The notes under the pieces: model-generated
What the model saw: only the letters and a program-made list of their open reading frames with translations
Database searches by the model: none
What the model was told of the DNA's origin: nothing
Part shown: positions 24,120 through 36,900 of the stretch, piece by piece
Numbering within the stretch: position 1 is the stretch's first letter
How the letters are laid out: the number at the start of each line of letters is the position of its first letter
NCBI GenBank assembly: GCA_977018835.1
Contig: OZ361258.1
Location: forward strand, 558,001 to 622,000
Source of the DNA: Minutocellus sp. GHC0000111
Lineage: Eukaryota
Length of the DNA: 64,000 nucleotides
Direction: 5' to 3'
Translations under genes and position numbers: made by a program

Positions 24120-25795
24120 CTGGCCTGATCCACCGCAATTTCGGTCGCATCTCGGATGGACAAAGACGCCAATACCGGGAACGAATAATCTTTGAGGGTG
24201 ATATCCGGTGATGGGAATCGGCAATGCCGCCGGCCCACCCGGCCCGGGGGAAAACTATTCGAGTAGAAATGATGAAGGAATCGGGAAAGTGTGGAAAACA
24301 ATGGAAGTAAGTATTAAATTTGAAGAAGTGAGAAGAAAGATACAACAGCATGAGCCAAAATGATATCGGTGATTTTACTCACCTCCCCCCCTCTCTAAAT
24401 TTTCCACTCCATTTCCAAGAAAACGGTGCCGTTACCAGCCCGGGGACCGTATCTGCTTCTGTGCTCTCGGGTTGTCAGCCGTCTTCAGATGTATTACCCG
24501 GATCTTTCTAAATACTCACATCATCGTTCCGCCTCGGACCTTACCCTTACCGATAGGACCTGTTGTCTTCTTCCAGTAGCATCTTCAATATGATCTGCTG
24601 CTGTCAAGGACTACCCGATGTGCTTAGCTTTGGTCTAGCTAGCTCTTGAGCTATGAATGGGAACTCGCACCGGCGTTCGCAGCTCCGACGGGGCTTGAGT
24701 CAAAAACGATAATGTTACCGAAAAAGCCAACTCCGGCCTGAAACTGTGTACAATCTTGGCCGCAGAGGTTGCCAGTAATCATACAATCGATAGTGGACGC
24801 AAAGAAGGCAAAAATGCCTAGCAGTCCAAAAGGGCACCGCTCGGGGTAGATCGACTTGTTCCATGATCCCGGGGTGCCCAGACCATCGAACTCAACCTGG
24901 ACGTCGCCGAGATTGCTACTGCACCGGTGAGATATTTGAGCTCCAACAGACCCTCTGCAATGTGATACCTCAGAATTCCATTAGGATTCTTTCGCCAATG
25001 CTGGAAGTATCGATCCGTCCCAAGAGGCTGCGGCCATGTCCGTCTACGAGATGGCACATAATGCCGTAGTCGGCAACAGCAATTCCTCGCCTATGTTCCA
25101 TCTAGGAAGTTGAGGTTGGAATTGACGTTTATCTTCCAACAATTTACCAAGATGACCGATCCACCAGGCTGCAGACTGATCACACCTTGTGGTACAATGT
25201 CTCTAAGTTGTCGGATATCAACAGACTGGATCGAGGTTGGTCTCTTTCCTGTCACTTGTCTATGCTAGCTTGGAAGGAATAGAATCAGCAATGTCGTGCG
25301 TCACGCACTGGCGTCACGAGGATGATAACATGTTGGGATAACATGTTGGGATCCCCGACGGTTGTCTATGTGGTAGATCGAGCGTAGCCGAGCTCATGAT
25401 GCGGGGAAGTAATATTTGATGGGAGTGGTCTTCTTTGGGAGAGATGCTAGTAGGAGTAATGCATACAATTAAAGGTTTGATCCCGAACGAGAATCGAGAC
25501 GAAAGGCGCATTGTCCAGATCCGCCGCCATTCCGGTCGCATTTGGAATGGGCGATGATGCCAATACCGGCCACAAATAATCCTCGAGGGTGTCATAGGTC
25601 CAACGATGGAATGGACAATGCCACAAACCCACTCAGCCTCTGGGTATTAGTCGAATGGAAATGAATGGTGTGCAGATGAAGGAATCGGAAAAGAGTGAAA
25701 AGCAATGTAAGCAATATAACTACCAAGGTATTAAAAATAGATTGGACAAGGAAGAAGCAAAGACATGACAACGTAGATGAGTGGAGTGACTTACA
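24120..25795 (-). pseudogene. Two diverged paralogous exon+intron remnants (~24120-24385 and ~25470-25795)
   Basis: HCRFPSPDITLKDYSFPVLASLSIRDATEIAVD versus HCPFHRWTYDTLEDYLWPVLASSPIPNATGMAAD. Each sits next to a similar intron (GATGAAGGAATCGG.AAAG.GTG.AAA.CAATG on +). Confidence 0.5.
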
Positions 25796-27354
25796 TTCAA
25801 CCCCTCTTTCATAATGTGAAAGATGTATTCTCCCGCGTAGCTACCGCCCTTCGATGCATCTCCTCGTCGAGATAGGACTCGAATTGCAATTGCAGAAACA
25901 GAGCTTTGAGGCGGATGAGATTGTCCAAACTAAAGCGCTGCTCAACGAAACGAAATTGTTTATCACGGTAGGATCGATCGTTCGAATAATGGAGAAGATG
26001 ATATTGAATGGTGAGTACAAAGGCAGTCGATTTCGATGATCAAGCGTATGGTAGTCAGATACTAACACAACAAAATCACATTTCCCATCGAACACATTCT
26101 CCAACACGCAAATACATGTGTATGTGTAAACAGAACATCCTTCTTCGAACGCACCTTCCACCGCCGATCTCGGCCGCCATCTCGGACATTGTCTGCATGT
26201 ACGTGATAGCTCTCCGATGCGATGCTTCCACCCGATTCCACGCCGGTCACGTCGATTTGCTCAAGACACCCAATTCTAACATGATTCTTTTCCCTAGAGA
26301 TCGGAAAATGTAAGCAATCGTACCTAGAGGTAAGGCTTGTCCCCACTGCTGCGCTGTCGCCGGGAATGCAAACCCAAACCAGCTACTTGATGCGTCAATT
26401 AAATGTCGGTATCATATCAGTGCGCTTTCACGCCACGCTCTTCATGTCGTGGCAAGACATGCTTCTGTGCTCTTACCGCTTTTCTGCTCGGGGGTGTTTG
26501 CTCCAACCTTTCACTTACGTAGGAACCTCTTTATGGGTCCTCTCGGGGATGGCCGGCGGCATCGGCACGCACACGGCGGCAAGGCACTCTTTGGCTCCTG
26601 TGAAAGCATCTTGAAGTCAAAGAGTGGCGCTCGCGACCTGTACGTGTACGTACGAGCTCGTACGAGCGACGGACTAACCCTACATACATGTAGATTCGAT
26701 TATATACATGTAGATTCGATTCGCTGGTTCTACATACATCTTATGTAGACTCTACCGTACATGTACTTAGTACTTTCTCCACCGCTCTCATCGCCTGATT
26801 ATGTCGATCGCACAAACGTTTACATGTATGTAGAAAATAGTCCCCAATTGGTGCCTACAGGGTGGCAGCGGTCGGGTTATACTCTGCTTGCTCGGCGGTA
26901 TTCTATTAGCACATTGGTTAATCAGCTGGGATAGTGGGCCTGCTTGGTTGAGCTTAGCCAGCCGTTGGTGGCGAGATTTGACCGTTGGTCTTCGCATCAA
27001 CGATAATCTAACTCCTACTAGCGGCATTCTTTGCTGATTTGCAATATGTAGAAAATAGTCATACATGTAGACTCTAGCTAGATGGCCGGCGGCAGCAGGA
27101 GGCACGTCGATTACATGTGCAAGCGACACCCTCCTAATATTATCGATTGCAGCATGTAGCAAAATAACATAATGGGTGGGGGCAGGCTCTTAGACGCCCT
27201 AATGGAGCTAGGTTCCTTGGATCTACATGTATTCTTTGCTGATTTGTAATATGGTAGGAGTTAGGTGATCGTGCATCTATCTATCTATCTATAAAGTTGT
27301 ATTCTGCATCGTCGTAGTACTGTTCGATACATTCTCAAGAGGTTAAGAAGAACG

Positions 27355-28090
27355 AGGACCTCGCTTTCACGGGACCGCAGCCTCGCCTCATGCATAGGAA
27401 CCTCGCCTCTCTACATGATGCACCCATATCACATCTCCACCCATCGCTTCGAGTATAGTAATCACTTCTCTATGCTGCCATCACGGTCTTATCCGAGGTG
27501 TCAAATAATGGAAGCAAAAAGAAGACCGAAACGCACACCGCCCAGGACCTCGCTTTCACGTGAACCGCGGCCTCGCTTCATGCATAGGAGCCTCGCCTCT
27601 ACCCCTCGCTTTCATGTGGACCACAGCCTCGCCTCATCCATAGGAGCCTCGCCTCTCTACAGAATGCACCCGTATCTCATTTCCACCGATCGCTTCGTGT
27701 ATATCTCTTCTCTATGCAGCCATCACGGTCTTGTCTGAGCTCAAATAATGGAAGCAAACAGAAGACCGAAACGCACACCAGCCAGGACCTCGCTTTCACG
27801 GTACCGCAGCCTCGCCTCATCAAAAGGAGACTCGCTTCATGCATAGGAGCCTCGCCTCTCCATAGAATGCACCCGTATCACATCTTCACCCATCGCTTCG
27901 AGTATAGTAATCACTACTCTATGCAGCCATCACGGTCTTGTCTGAGGTCAAATAATGGAAGCAAACAGAAGACCGAAACGCACACCAGCCAGGACCTCGC
28001 TTTCATGTGAACCGCGGCCTCGCTTCATGCATAGGAGGCTCGCTCCATGCATAGGAGCCTCGCCTCTCCATAGAATGCACCCGTCCGTAT
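27355..28090. repeat. Tandem repeat array, ~3.5 units of 189-240 bp with nested CCTCGC(C/T)TC subrepeats
   Basis: Units start AGGACCTCGCTTTCA at 27355, 27544, 27784 and 27991. They share blocks such as TCAAATAATGGAAGCAAA.AGAAGACCGAAACGCACACC. Confidence 0.88.
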
Positions 28091-28980
28091 CTCATCCTAG
28101 CGATATGGCATCTACCCAGTTTGTCTCGTGCTGTTGGAAACTGAATAGTTGAGAAAGATGGTTGAGGCTAGTCCACAGTCCACCAGTGTGGCGACCGGCC
28201 GAACGCTCAATACCACGCCCGGACTCATGAACTTTCGAATCCTGTAGTATTCATGAGTGTCGTCTTCTCGACGTTTCGGCTGTAACAGTCCATGCAGCCA
28301 ACAGCCAACAGATCGATGCTTTAACGTCGACGCGATGCTTTCGGTGGGGAATTCATGTCGCAAACACCACCAGTTCCCATTGCAGATACGCAACTGGACA
28401 ACCCATTCATTGCGGATATACAACGCCCATTGCATATCAACCCGTAGGCGTCTCTTTGATTTCTTCACCCCTCTGAGGAGTGGAAGAGGTCGACGATACA
28501 TGTGAGCGAGTGCGTCCCTGGTGGACCCAGCGCCATGCCCGACTCGTGAACGCTTTGAGCAATAGCACGCCGCATGCACGAGTGTAATCTTCTCGACGAT
28601 TCATTCAGCAGCACAGTCCATGGCAACACGAAAACAAACAAATTGGTGCAGTGTTGGCATCTGTTGCAACTTACTGCTACATGTACATGTACGAGGTCGT
28701 ACCTTGCAGGTTGATATGGTTTTGCCAGTTGGAATTACTCCTCTAATTTAAGAGTTGAGGCTACATACAGAGGAAAATTTGTTGAGGAGTGCCTTAGGGA
28801 AAAATTTTGCAGCTGTACTCTTTGCGCCGTCTGTCCTGACCCGGCAAAAGAAAAAGCCCACCCATCGCAACCATGCCATGCATGCGTATGCCCCGCCCTG
28901 ACTGCAACCAGCAAGCAAGCTCAAAGCCATTGTGTTCATAGAGAGTGCACGCTGGTCACGTTGGTATAGCACCCAATGAA

Positions 28981-30144
28981 ATGAATTCAGCAGGTGACAT
29001 ACCGCGGCAGCCAAGGAGATGCGTCTGGTCCGCTGCCGCCGCACTCACTCGCCTGACGATGGCCTCATCCACGCTTTCGTCGGCCAGCGCTTTCTCGGTC
29101 TCTCCTTCTGATACTGCAAGGCCTTGCATACCGATAGCACCCGTGCAATCATGCAGACTTCCTTTTTCATCGACTGCGTTGCAAATAACCAAGCAGCAAT
29201 TAGGAGAATTCGAGGTTCTTGGCGTGAAGCAATCATCAGTCTCCGACCGGACCGTCCAGATTTTGGATTATTGCAGCAGCAGTGATGGCGGCGGCACTAT
29301 CGATCCCATTGGTTTCAATGATATGTGGGACGTACAAAAGGTGCTCGTGCAAGGACAATTGGACCGAACGATGGAGGTGATGAAGTTGACCAAGGCCAAG
29401 GCATCGAAAGGTGGCGATGAGGAAGAGATTGCCAAGAATATTGCAGAGCACCATTGTCAATTCTTGCCACATCCATCCAATCCAATACAAGACGACAACA
29501 CTGTCGTACTAGGAAAGGATACCATTATTTTGCTGCAACACAAACCGGTGTATACTCTTGGAACTGGATCTGATCCTGAATTTATCAAAGAGTCAGGATT
29601 GTCATCCAGCATCGATGTTGTTCGCATCGAAAGGGGAGGGGAGGTAACATATCACGGCCCGGGTCAATTGGTGGCATATCCCATCCTGGATCTGAGAGGA
29701 TACAAGCAGGACATTCACTGGTATATGCGTGCTCTGGAGGAGGCGATACTGCTCGCATTGGAATCCGTGAGGGTTGAGGGTGCCGTTCGAGAGGACGATG
29801 TAACGGGCATATGGATCGGAGGTAAGAAAGTTGCCGCACTGGGAGTCAAGGTGCGACGATGGATTACCATGCACGGCTTGGCGGTCAATGTCAATCAGAG
29901 ATCTTTGGGAAACTTTGATGGGATTGTACCCTGTGGTTTAGTTGGCAAAGACGTCACATGCATCAATGATCATCTGGTGGAACCGATATCGGTGGAAGAA
30001 TTTGCCAAGCACATGCGATCGGCCTTGGAGAAAATATTCGAGATTGATTTGGTTGATTGTTCATTGGTGGAGACTGCGGCGAATGGTGGTGATGATAAGA
30101 AGGGCAGTGGAAGTATGAAGCTTGTGGAGGTCGCGAAGCGATAA
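28981..30144 (+). CDS. LIP2: Octanoyltransferase LipB/LIP2, probably plastid-targeted
   Basis: LQHKPVYTLG, RGGEVTYHGPGQLVAYPILDL, KKVAALGV..WITMHGLAVNV, FDGIVPCGL. N-terminal SASA-FSVSP matches an ASAFAP-type cleavage motif. Confidence 0.93.
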   Translation: MNSAGDIPRQPRRCVWSAAAALTRLTMASSTLSSASAFSVSPSDTARPCIPIAPVQSCRLPFSSTALQITKQQLGEFEVLGVKQSSVSDRTVQILDYCSSSDGGGTIDPIGFNDMWDVQKVLVQGQLDRTMEVMKLTKAKASKGGDEEEIAKNIAEHHCQFLPHPSNPIQDDNTVVLGKDTIILLQHKPVYTLGTGSDPEFIKESGLSSSIDVVRIERGGEVTYHGPGQLVAYPILDLRGYKQDIHWYMRALEEAILLALESVRVEGAVREDDVTGIWIGGKKVAALGVKVRRWITMHGLAVNVNQRSLGNFDGIVPCGLVGKDVTCINDHLVEPISVEEFAKHMRSALEKIFEIDLVDCSLVETAANGGDDKKGSGSMKLVEVAKR

Positions 30145-30275
30145 CAGATGCTAGAATCTAGATCTATGCAGATTATTGGCTCATTCATTCGAAGAATGAT
30201 TTGCAAAATATTTTGCAATTGTTTACAGAGTGATTTCACGAGAGAGCAGACACCCCCTCCGCGATGTTTCGTAAA

Positions 30276-30362
30276 CATTGTACCAACTTCCTTTTATTGA
30301 TGATCCTTACTCAGAAGGGTATTGTAGATCATGATCAACAATAAAAGGAAGTTGGTACAATG
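30276..30362. repeat. 30-bp inverted repeat with 27-nt loop (hairpin)
   Basis: CATTGTACCAACTTCCTTTTATTGATGATC (30276-30305) pairs 29/30 with 30333-30362. Confidence 0.9.
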
Positions 30363-32353
30363 ATCTTGGTGCTCTTTTAGCACATGATATAGATACGGTA
30401 TTAGAGTGTTTCTTTTGGTACACTATTGTTTGAAAATTTATTTTTATGTCGTAGAATACACTTGTGCTGTTTCAAGAAAGAAAAAATACATCAAACTTTA
30501 TAACGAAACAAAACCCATTTCGTTCAACGAATGGGGCCACAACATGTGTCGCCGACGTGCCTCCCATTGAGAACAATCAAGACTACGGGGCACCATACCC
30601 TTGTAATAGCCTTTCATAACACTGTGGTGCAGCAGGAGACTTGCAATTACTTTTTTGAGCCTTGAAAAATTCGTTCGCGTTAGACCCGATTTTTTCGACA
30701 GTTTCCGACGTTCCATCACGACCATGTTCGCCCGATGTACAGCACCACCCCGGCCATCGCATACACTCTGACCACCTAGATGCCTTCCTGAATATTACTG
30801 GAAGGGATTTTTGGGCGATAGCGGTGCGTCGGTGCGTGCCTGTACCGCGAAATGTGGCCCAGCGCCATTACCACCCCCATTACACCACCCATCCGAAAGT
30901 TGGTCCGGATGCTTTTATGCGGTCCATGCACCACTTCCGTTGCACTGAGCCGTCGACGCTTCACCCATATATATACCAAGCGCATTTGAGTGGGGGGTGG
31001 TGGCATTTCTTGACAATTCATAGAGAAAACTATTCCCAAAGTCCCGTGTCTGATGTCGGCACCAGATTTCACCTTCATTGCTTCTGCCGCCCGAGAGGAA
31101 CGAAACCGGAGAAAGCGGCCAAACCAACACGTGAGATCGATGGATGTAATATAGAATGAGCATCGTGCGTGCTGATATTGCGTGAAGGAACAGTGGTTGG
31201 GGCTTGAAGGGGGTTGTAGTTGGGGATTTGCTACTTTCAGATGTTTTTGCTTTCCATGGTGACGGCCACAATGATACAAAGATGGGGCCCAATATCGACC
31301 CTCTGGCGCAAACTTGCTCCCAATATTACCCAAGTGAAAGTAATGCCGGTCAGGGAGGATTGAAATGGATGTAGACAAGCATCAGCCATCATTCTTTGCC
31401 ATTTTGAGGGTAAAAAAATATTGAAAATTTCTGGGCATGAGGAGATGTTGCTAAAATAGCACATGATGTACGAATGAGTTTGCTTTCAAGTATGCAATAC
31501 TCACCTAACGCATGTAGTTGGCGTATACATCGGTTGGCTTGGAGTTATTTATCGTTATACCATCATTTGGTGGCCTTCTTGTGGAGATGAATTCTCCTTG
31601 CTTTCGCGCCGTGTTGAGAGAGGCCATTTAGTGGGTTCATTTTTGCGCTGCATAAAGTATCGCACAAAAAAATTTCCTAGTGCCTTACAATTTACGGCGA
31701 TTTTGTCGGCGGTCTCGTGGAATCACTCTACACATGTACCGGTATTTGGCGCGGATGCGCGCGCTACGAGATTACCTGGTACAATGGCACTGGCTACGAT
31801 TAGATCTAAATAGCCTACACCGCAGCTAGACCTACTATACTATATCTAGCTAGCTACGTACCGGTAGTACGGTACATGTACATGCACATGTTATCACCAC
31901 GCCTAGCCTCGGCGGCGGCTGGCTGTGCTCTCTGGGGAGCGAAAAGCCGCCCACATTACATACATATCCGGGTTACTTTAAACCTTTCAGCATTCGAATT
32001 TATTTACTTTTGGCAAATTTTGTGACGGCAGTGAGTGTGTGGTGTGACCGGCCGGTGAGAGAGATGCGCGTTGTTATCGGTATGGTTCATTCTTGCAGGA
32101 GACAACCAGTAATTCAACCCAATTAGTCGGATACAGGGCTCACATAAATCCTTCCCTTGCTGGAACAATTCATCGTTCCTCATCCGTACCCTCACTCGTT
32201 GTCGTACCAGTTCATCCCTGCTACCCTATCAGCGAATTATCTGCAATATCACTCGCCGCCTCTTGTGCTCGATTTTGCGCCTTCCAACCTCCAATACCAC
32301 CACCTTCGTGAGAATTGAATTGAATTCACAAAGCAAAATTTTGGAATACCATC

Positions 32354-33748
32354 ATGATCAGCCCAATATCTACCACTGCTGGCCGTCGCCGTCGAGGATT
32401 TGCCCTGACTGCGGCTGCCACGTCGGCTCTCCTCCTTTCGTCATCGGCCGTCGGCGTATCTGCCTCGGAGGCCCTTGAAAAGCCGGTGGAGACCGCCGTC
32501 GATGTCGTCACTGCCGAATCCCCCATCAAGCTCGGCCGCAACAAGTCGCAGCTTCGTCGTCTCAAGAACAAGAATAAGAAGTTCAAGAGCAAGCACGCCG
32601 ATGCTGGTGCCGATGGTGACGAGTCAGACGTCGCTCTCGACCCTTCGAATCTCCCCCGTCCGCTATTGGACTTTGCCGTCATCGGCTTCCCCAAATCCGG
32701 CACTTCCTTCATGGAGCACTACCTCTTCAACACGGAGGAGACCTTCATCGACAATCAGGAGAACTGCTTTACCGACGCCGAAATGGACATGGCCGCTCAT
32801 CTCATCACCACCCGGGGCTACACCCTCGGGCAGACCACCGACGACGGATATCGCGTGAAGAACGCAGTCAAATGTCCCAAGGACCTCATGGGTCCGTACA
32901 GCGTGGCCAACTACGTCAAGAACTTCCCCGAGATCAAATTCGTCGTTAGTACCCGCCATCCCGTCTGGTGGTTCCAGTCGCGATACAATTACAAGCTGAG
33001 ACAAACTTTCAAGCATTCCGACGGAGAGAAGATCTGGGCTCCTCCCACCAGCGAGCTTCTCGGTAAGTTGAAACTTGAGCATTTATATATCATGTTCATC
33101 GTGTTCGGCGATGTTCGACGATCGCCAAATATTTGTGTAATCTCACATTTCTATATTTCCATATAATATTTCTCTACAGGAGCTTGTGCCGAGGGAACTC
33201 CCTACCACTACGGTAACACCGGTCCCAAGGGTGAGGTCGAGGATGAGAAGCAGACCTCCGTATGCACCGACGGTGCCAAGTTCCACCACTCCCTCTCCCG
33301 CCTGGGCAAGACGCCGATGGACACACCGGAAGAGCTGGCCCTCCTCGGCCTGCACACCATGTCCATCCACCCCATGCCCAAGGCCAAGATCTTTTTGATG
33401 GAGATCGGTCAATTCGATGCCGACGATACCGTCCACGCCAACCAGCTGCTTTCGGACATGAAGGATTTCCTTGGTCTGGAGCATGAGCTCCCGCCTCTTC
33501 CAGAGCATTCGTCCAAGAATTTGCAGGAGGAGATTCAAGAGCTTGCCATTGATATTTGCGACGATGAGCATGCCTTTGTGCGGGCCGAGCTCGTCCAGAC
33601 CGGACGGGAGGCCTACCGATGGATTAAGGACTATTTTATGCAGAGTCCGGACGTTACCGTCAGCGCCGAGGACCACTTCCTCAGCCTCATTGAGCAGTGG
33701 CAATACGATCCCTGCCAGGAGGCCACCAGCCGGGAGTTGGTGCAGTAA
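32354..33748 (+). CDS. Sulfotransferase-like P-loop protein (intron 33063-33179)
   Basis: N-terminal signal/anchor. 5'-PSB-like LDFAVIGFPKSGTS and 3'-PB-like TRHPVWWFQSRYNY motifs. The GT-AG intron restores frame into the 33317-33748 ORF. Confidence 0.75.
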
Positions 33749-34054
33749 AACTTTTCTCGGGCTGATTTTGTCGCAATCGCCATGGATTGTTGGTGCGACG
33801 CGATCGCGATGGTCAGCATATTCCAAGTACACTTCGTGCACCTGTACGACGTCGTACACATGGCAAGTACTAGCTAGTAGATCTACGCGTTGCTTCCCTA
33901 CCAGCGAAACAATAGTAGAAGCATTCTCTCTAAAGTTATACGTTGCATGTTTATAATGAAATTAAAAATTGTAGCGTGGTGCCGGTGTGTTTTTCTCATC
34001 CTGAAACTACGTAGCTAGATCTAGCACAAAGCGCCAAAGGCTCAAGAGCTGAGC

Positions 34055-35758
34055 CTACTGCAAATTCAAACTGAGAAGCCGTTTCAAGTGCTTGCCACTC
34101 ATTTTTCCCTGGTAATATTTGCGATAAACGATTTCAAGAGCCTCGTCATTCTCTTTCTTGGCCCGAAGATAGTCACGATGACGCTTGCGTTCCTCACTAT
34201 CCATCTCACCTACAGCCTCCTGGTGCCGCCGAAGAATTTCTTCAAGCTTTTGCTTTGTCAGCTTCCCTGTGTAAAAGTACCTCCATAACTCCTCCATTGA
34301 ATATGAATCTCCTGCCTCAGCTGCAATTGCATGATGCTTGATAGAAAGGTCGACGTCGCCGTTTTCTTCCTCCACCAACCCGAGGCAGTAATGAGCGTCT
34401 GCACTTCCATGCCTTGCACCTTTCTCAAAATGTACGTGACCTATCTGGCGATTTACAACCATTCCATAGTCTCCCCAAGCACACATGCGTCCCAAAATGG
34501 ACAGAGCAGCTGTAGATCCTGCATTGGCAGCCTGATGGATAAATCCCAGGGCTCTTTCCTGATTAATTTCGAGGCCGTGCTTACCAAAAAGATAATTACT
34601 TCCCAACATGTAAGCTGCCTCCATGTCGCCATTCTGCCCTCGTTCCTCTAAACGCTGTTTGCGGCTTGCATGGCTGATTTCATCGTCTTTCCACGCTACT
34701 GCCCTGCAAAAAGGGCATACTTCTTCCAATGGCGGCAACTCCTTCTCCTCCCTCTCGGCGTTGGTCATGTGACGTGCGCGTCTGCTCTCAAGATCACATG
34801 CTCGGCAGGTGGTCTGACCGCAGCAGTCCCAGTATGTGAATTCATCATTCAGAGGCAGCGGAATCATGCAAAGTGGACAGTCATCCTTTGGAGGGCACGG
34901 CTTGTTCCATAACTCGAGATCCTTGTCAGCATCCATTGCATTGGAAATGTAATCATACAATTGTATTCGCTCTTTCTCGGCTACAGCAAAGCGGTCTCCT
35001 TTCTTTTCGAGAACATGACCTCCCTCTCTATCTATGACCACACCCACTACGTTCAATATTAGCGGGTGACGCGCATAAGCTGTGCAGTTTTGCTGCATCG
35101 CCTTGTAAATTGGTAGCAGCACGCGCATGACTTTTTCCAGGAAAAGGTTGCCTGGGTACTTCTCGTTTCCTCCCCCAATGACAATGTCATGTGGTCCTGG
35201 AGTTTTCACAAGAATGGTCGGGGCGTCAGTGTCATTGTTACCGCCGGCGACCACCATATCGCCTCCTCTGCTACCTGCTACGGTCGATCTCTCCGTCTCG
35301 ACTACCGTTCCACTTCCAACCCCTGCACCAGCAGCAGCTGCGGGCGTACAGGTCGTGGTATTTCCACTGGTACCCGATAGCTGGGCGGGTAGAATACTAG
35401 GCCTAGGACCAGTACCGTCGCCGATCCTGGTCGGAGTCGAGATCCTCGAAGAGACGAGGCGCTCAAGGGGCTTGCGATGCCGCTTGCCACTTCTACCGTC
35501 GTTCGACTTTGGCACTGGCACAGCAGCGCGAGCGACAAGACCATCCGTAATAACCCCGTCCGCACCGCCACCAAGATCATGGCCACGACGAGCGGCCGGA
35601 AGAAGACTAGGTCTAGACGACAGCTGCGGCACATGCTCACCGCTCTGTCCGACAGGCACCGGTGCCACACCCGAACGAGGCACACCCAAACGAGGCACAC
35701 CCGACGTTTCGGTATCGGCGGCGGCGGCGTCACCGGAATTGCTACCTGGAGCGTCCAT
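34055..35758 (-). CDS. DUF6824-like + RING-like Zn finger + Sel1-repeat protein
   Basis: DIVIGGGNEKYPGN motif; CPLC..CCGQTTCRAC..CPFCR; Sel1 repeats (EAAYMLGSNY..G, AHYCLGLVE, AAEAGD). Confidence 0.75.
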   Translation of the reverse strand: MDAPGSNSGDAAAADTETSGVPRLGVPRSGVAPVPVGQSGEHVPQLSSRPSLLPAARRGHDLGGGADGVITDGLVARAAVPVPKSNDGRSGKRHRKPLERLVSSRISTPTRIGDGTGPRPSILPAQLSGTSGNTTTCTPAAAAGAGVGSGTVVETERSTVAGSRGGDMVVAGGNNDTDAPTILVKTPGPHDIVIGGGNEKYPGNLFLEKVMRVLLPIYKAMQQNCTAYARHPLILNVVGVVIDREGGHVLEKKGDRFAVAEKERIQLYDYISNAMDADKDLELWNKPCPPKDDCPLCMIPLPLNDEFTYWDCCGQTTCRACDLESRRARHMTNAEREEKELPPLEEVCPFCRAVAWKDDEISHASRKQRLEERGQNGDMEAAYMLGSNYLFGKHGLEINQERALGFIHQAANAGSTAALSILGRMCAWGDYGMVVNRQIGHVHFEKGARHGSADAHYCLGLVEEENGDVDLSIKHHAIAAEAGDSYSMEELWRYFYTGKLTKQKLEEILRRHQEAVGEMDSEERKRHRDYLRAKKENDEALEIVYRKYYQGKMSGKHLKRLLSLNLQ

Positions 35759-36184
35759 CGTCTCCGAACGAGTGGACCCCACCGCTTGCCTTGGTCTCTT
35801 CCACCAGACGATGCTGTGATGCTCGTAAGGCCGAAGAAAGCCAAGAGGCAGGCAGCAGCACAGCTCGCTCCTGGGCCGGTATCAGCTACGTAGTAGGAAA
35901 TTCCTACTGCTGCCAATATCGATGCCCGATATCAAGCAACAATACCAAGGTTTTTTGTTTCTTCCACCAGGCGATGGAGGCAGCGGCACTGAAGCACGGC
36001 AAGCCCTTGGTCCCTTGGCAAGCCCTTGCTGGCATGGCCCTTGGGTATCCTTGGCTGGGCAGTTCGGGCAGTTGGCATCGGCAGTTGGCAGTTGGCTGCT
36101 CCGGGTTCCTTTATGTGCTCGCCACGCCACATGCACATTGCTGTTGCATGCACTCTGCCATGGTGTTCTGCACTTGATTGCAAC

Positions 36185-36900
36185 CCCTGCCAGACAACCC
36201 TCCAGAAGTTGACGCGGAAGCCCTCGAAGAGGCAGTCTGACCAGCATCTCTCACCACCTTTTGCAGCTTGCCCTTGACGGTGTCGACTCCAACGATCCTG
36301 TCCTGTCATCAGCGCAGTGAGAGCCATGAACAACGGGTGAGTTTTCATTTTTTGTTGACGGCATGGCCTTGCGCAATCTTTTTGGGCACGCTGCACCATG
36401 TAAAGATCGGATTTGTGCTCGATTTCGCATTCGTTTTCGTCATTCCTCTGAGACTAACTCCCATGTGTCACGTCTCTTCCATCTCGGCCATCCTTTGCAG
36501 AACTAACGGCGGGACCGACGGGATCCTCGATGCCAACGCCACACGGGCACTCGTCAGGATGAGCGGCAGATCGGCAGCGGCGGAGATGTCCAGGAGGAGG
36601 AGGAGGAGGAAGAGGAGGAGGAGCAGGAGGAGCGCCAGGAGGAGAACGAGAGCGGCGGCGCCACTTCCTCTCTGACGGAAACTGCATCGCCCGCTTGGAG
36701 GAGACCGTCCAACAGCTCACCACGGAGGTTGCTCGCCAGGGCGAGGAGATTGCCCGCCTCCTCGCCGAGAGAGCCGCGACCGAATCTGCAGCTTGAAGCA
36801 GTGGGATGTCTCGGATCTGTGGCAGTGCAGCAAGCCCGACATCATTTGGGAGGGGAGGGATGCTGTGCTCCTATGAGGTCATCGAGCGACATGCTCCTGC
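36185..36900 (+). repeat. Decayed dispersed repeat, copy B, including an (AGG)n poly-Glu tract at 36592-36632
   Basis: PDNPPEVDAEALEEAV..LALDGVDSNDPV..MNNG followed by GTGAGT, homologous to 23400-23545. Confidence 0.55.

Noticed and set aside
27355..28090. Possible CRISPR-like array
   Set aside because: Whole units are repeated with no unique spacers, there are no cas genes, and the context is eukaryotic.
30400..31700. Short ORFs in AT-rich DNA (also 28100-28700 and 24400-26600)
   Set aside because: No recognisable motifs; probably old repeat debris, but it cannot be classified from sequence alone.
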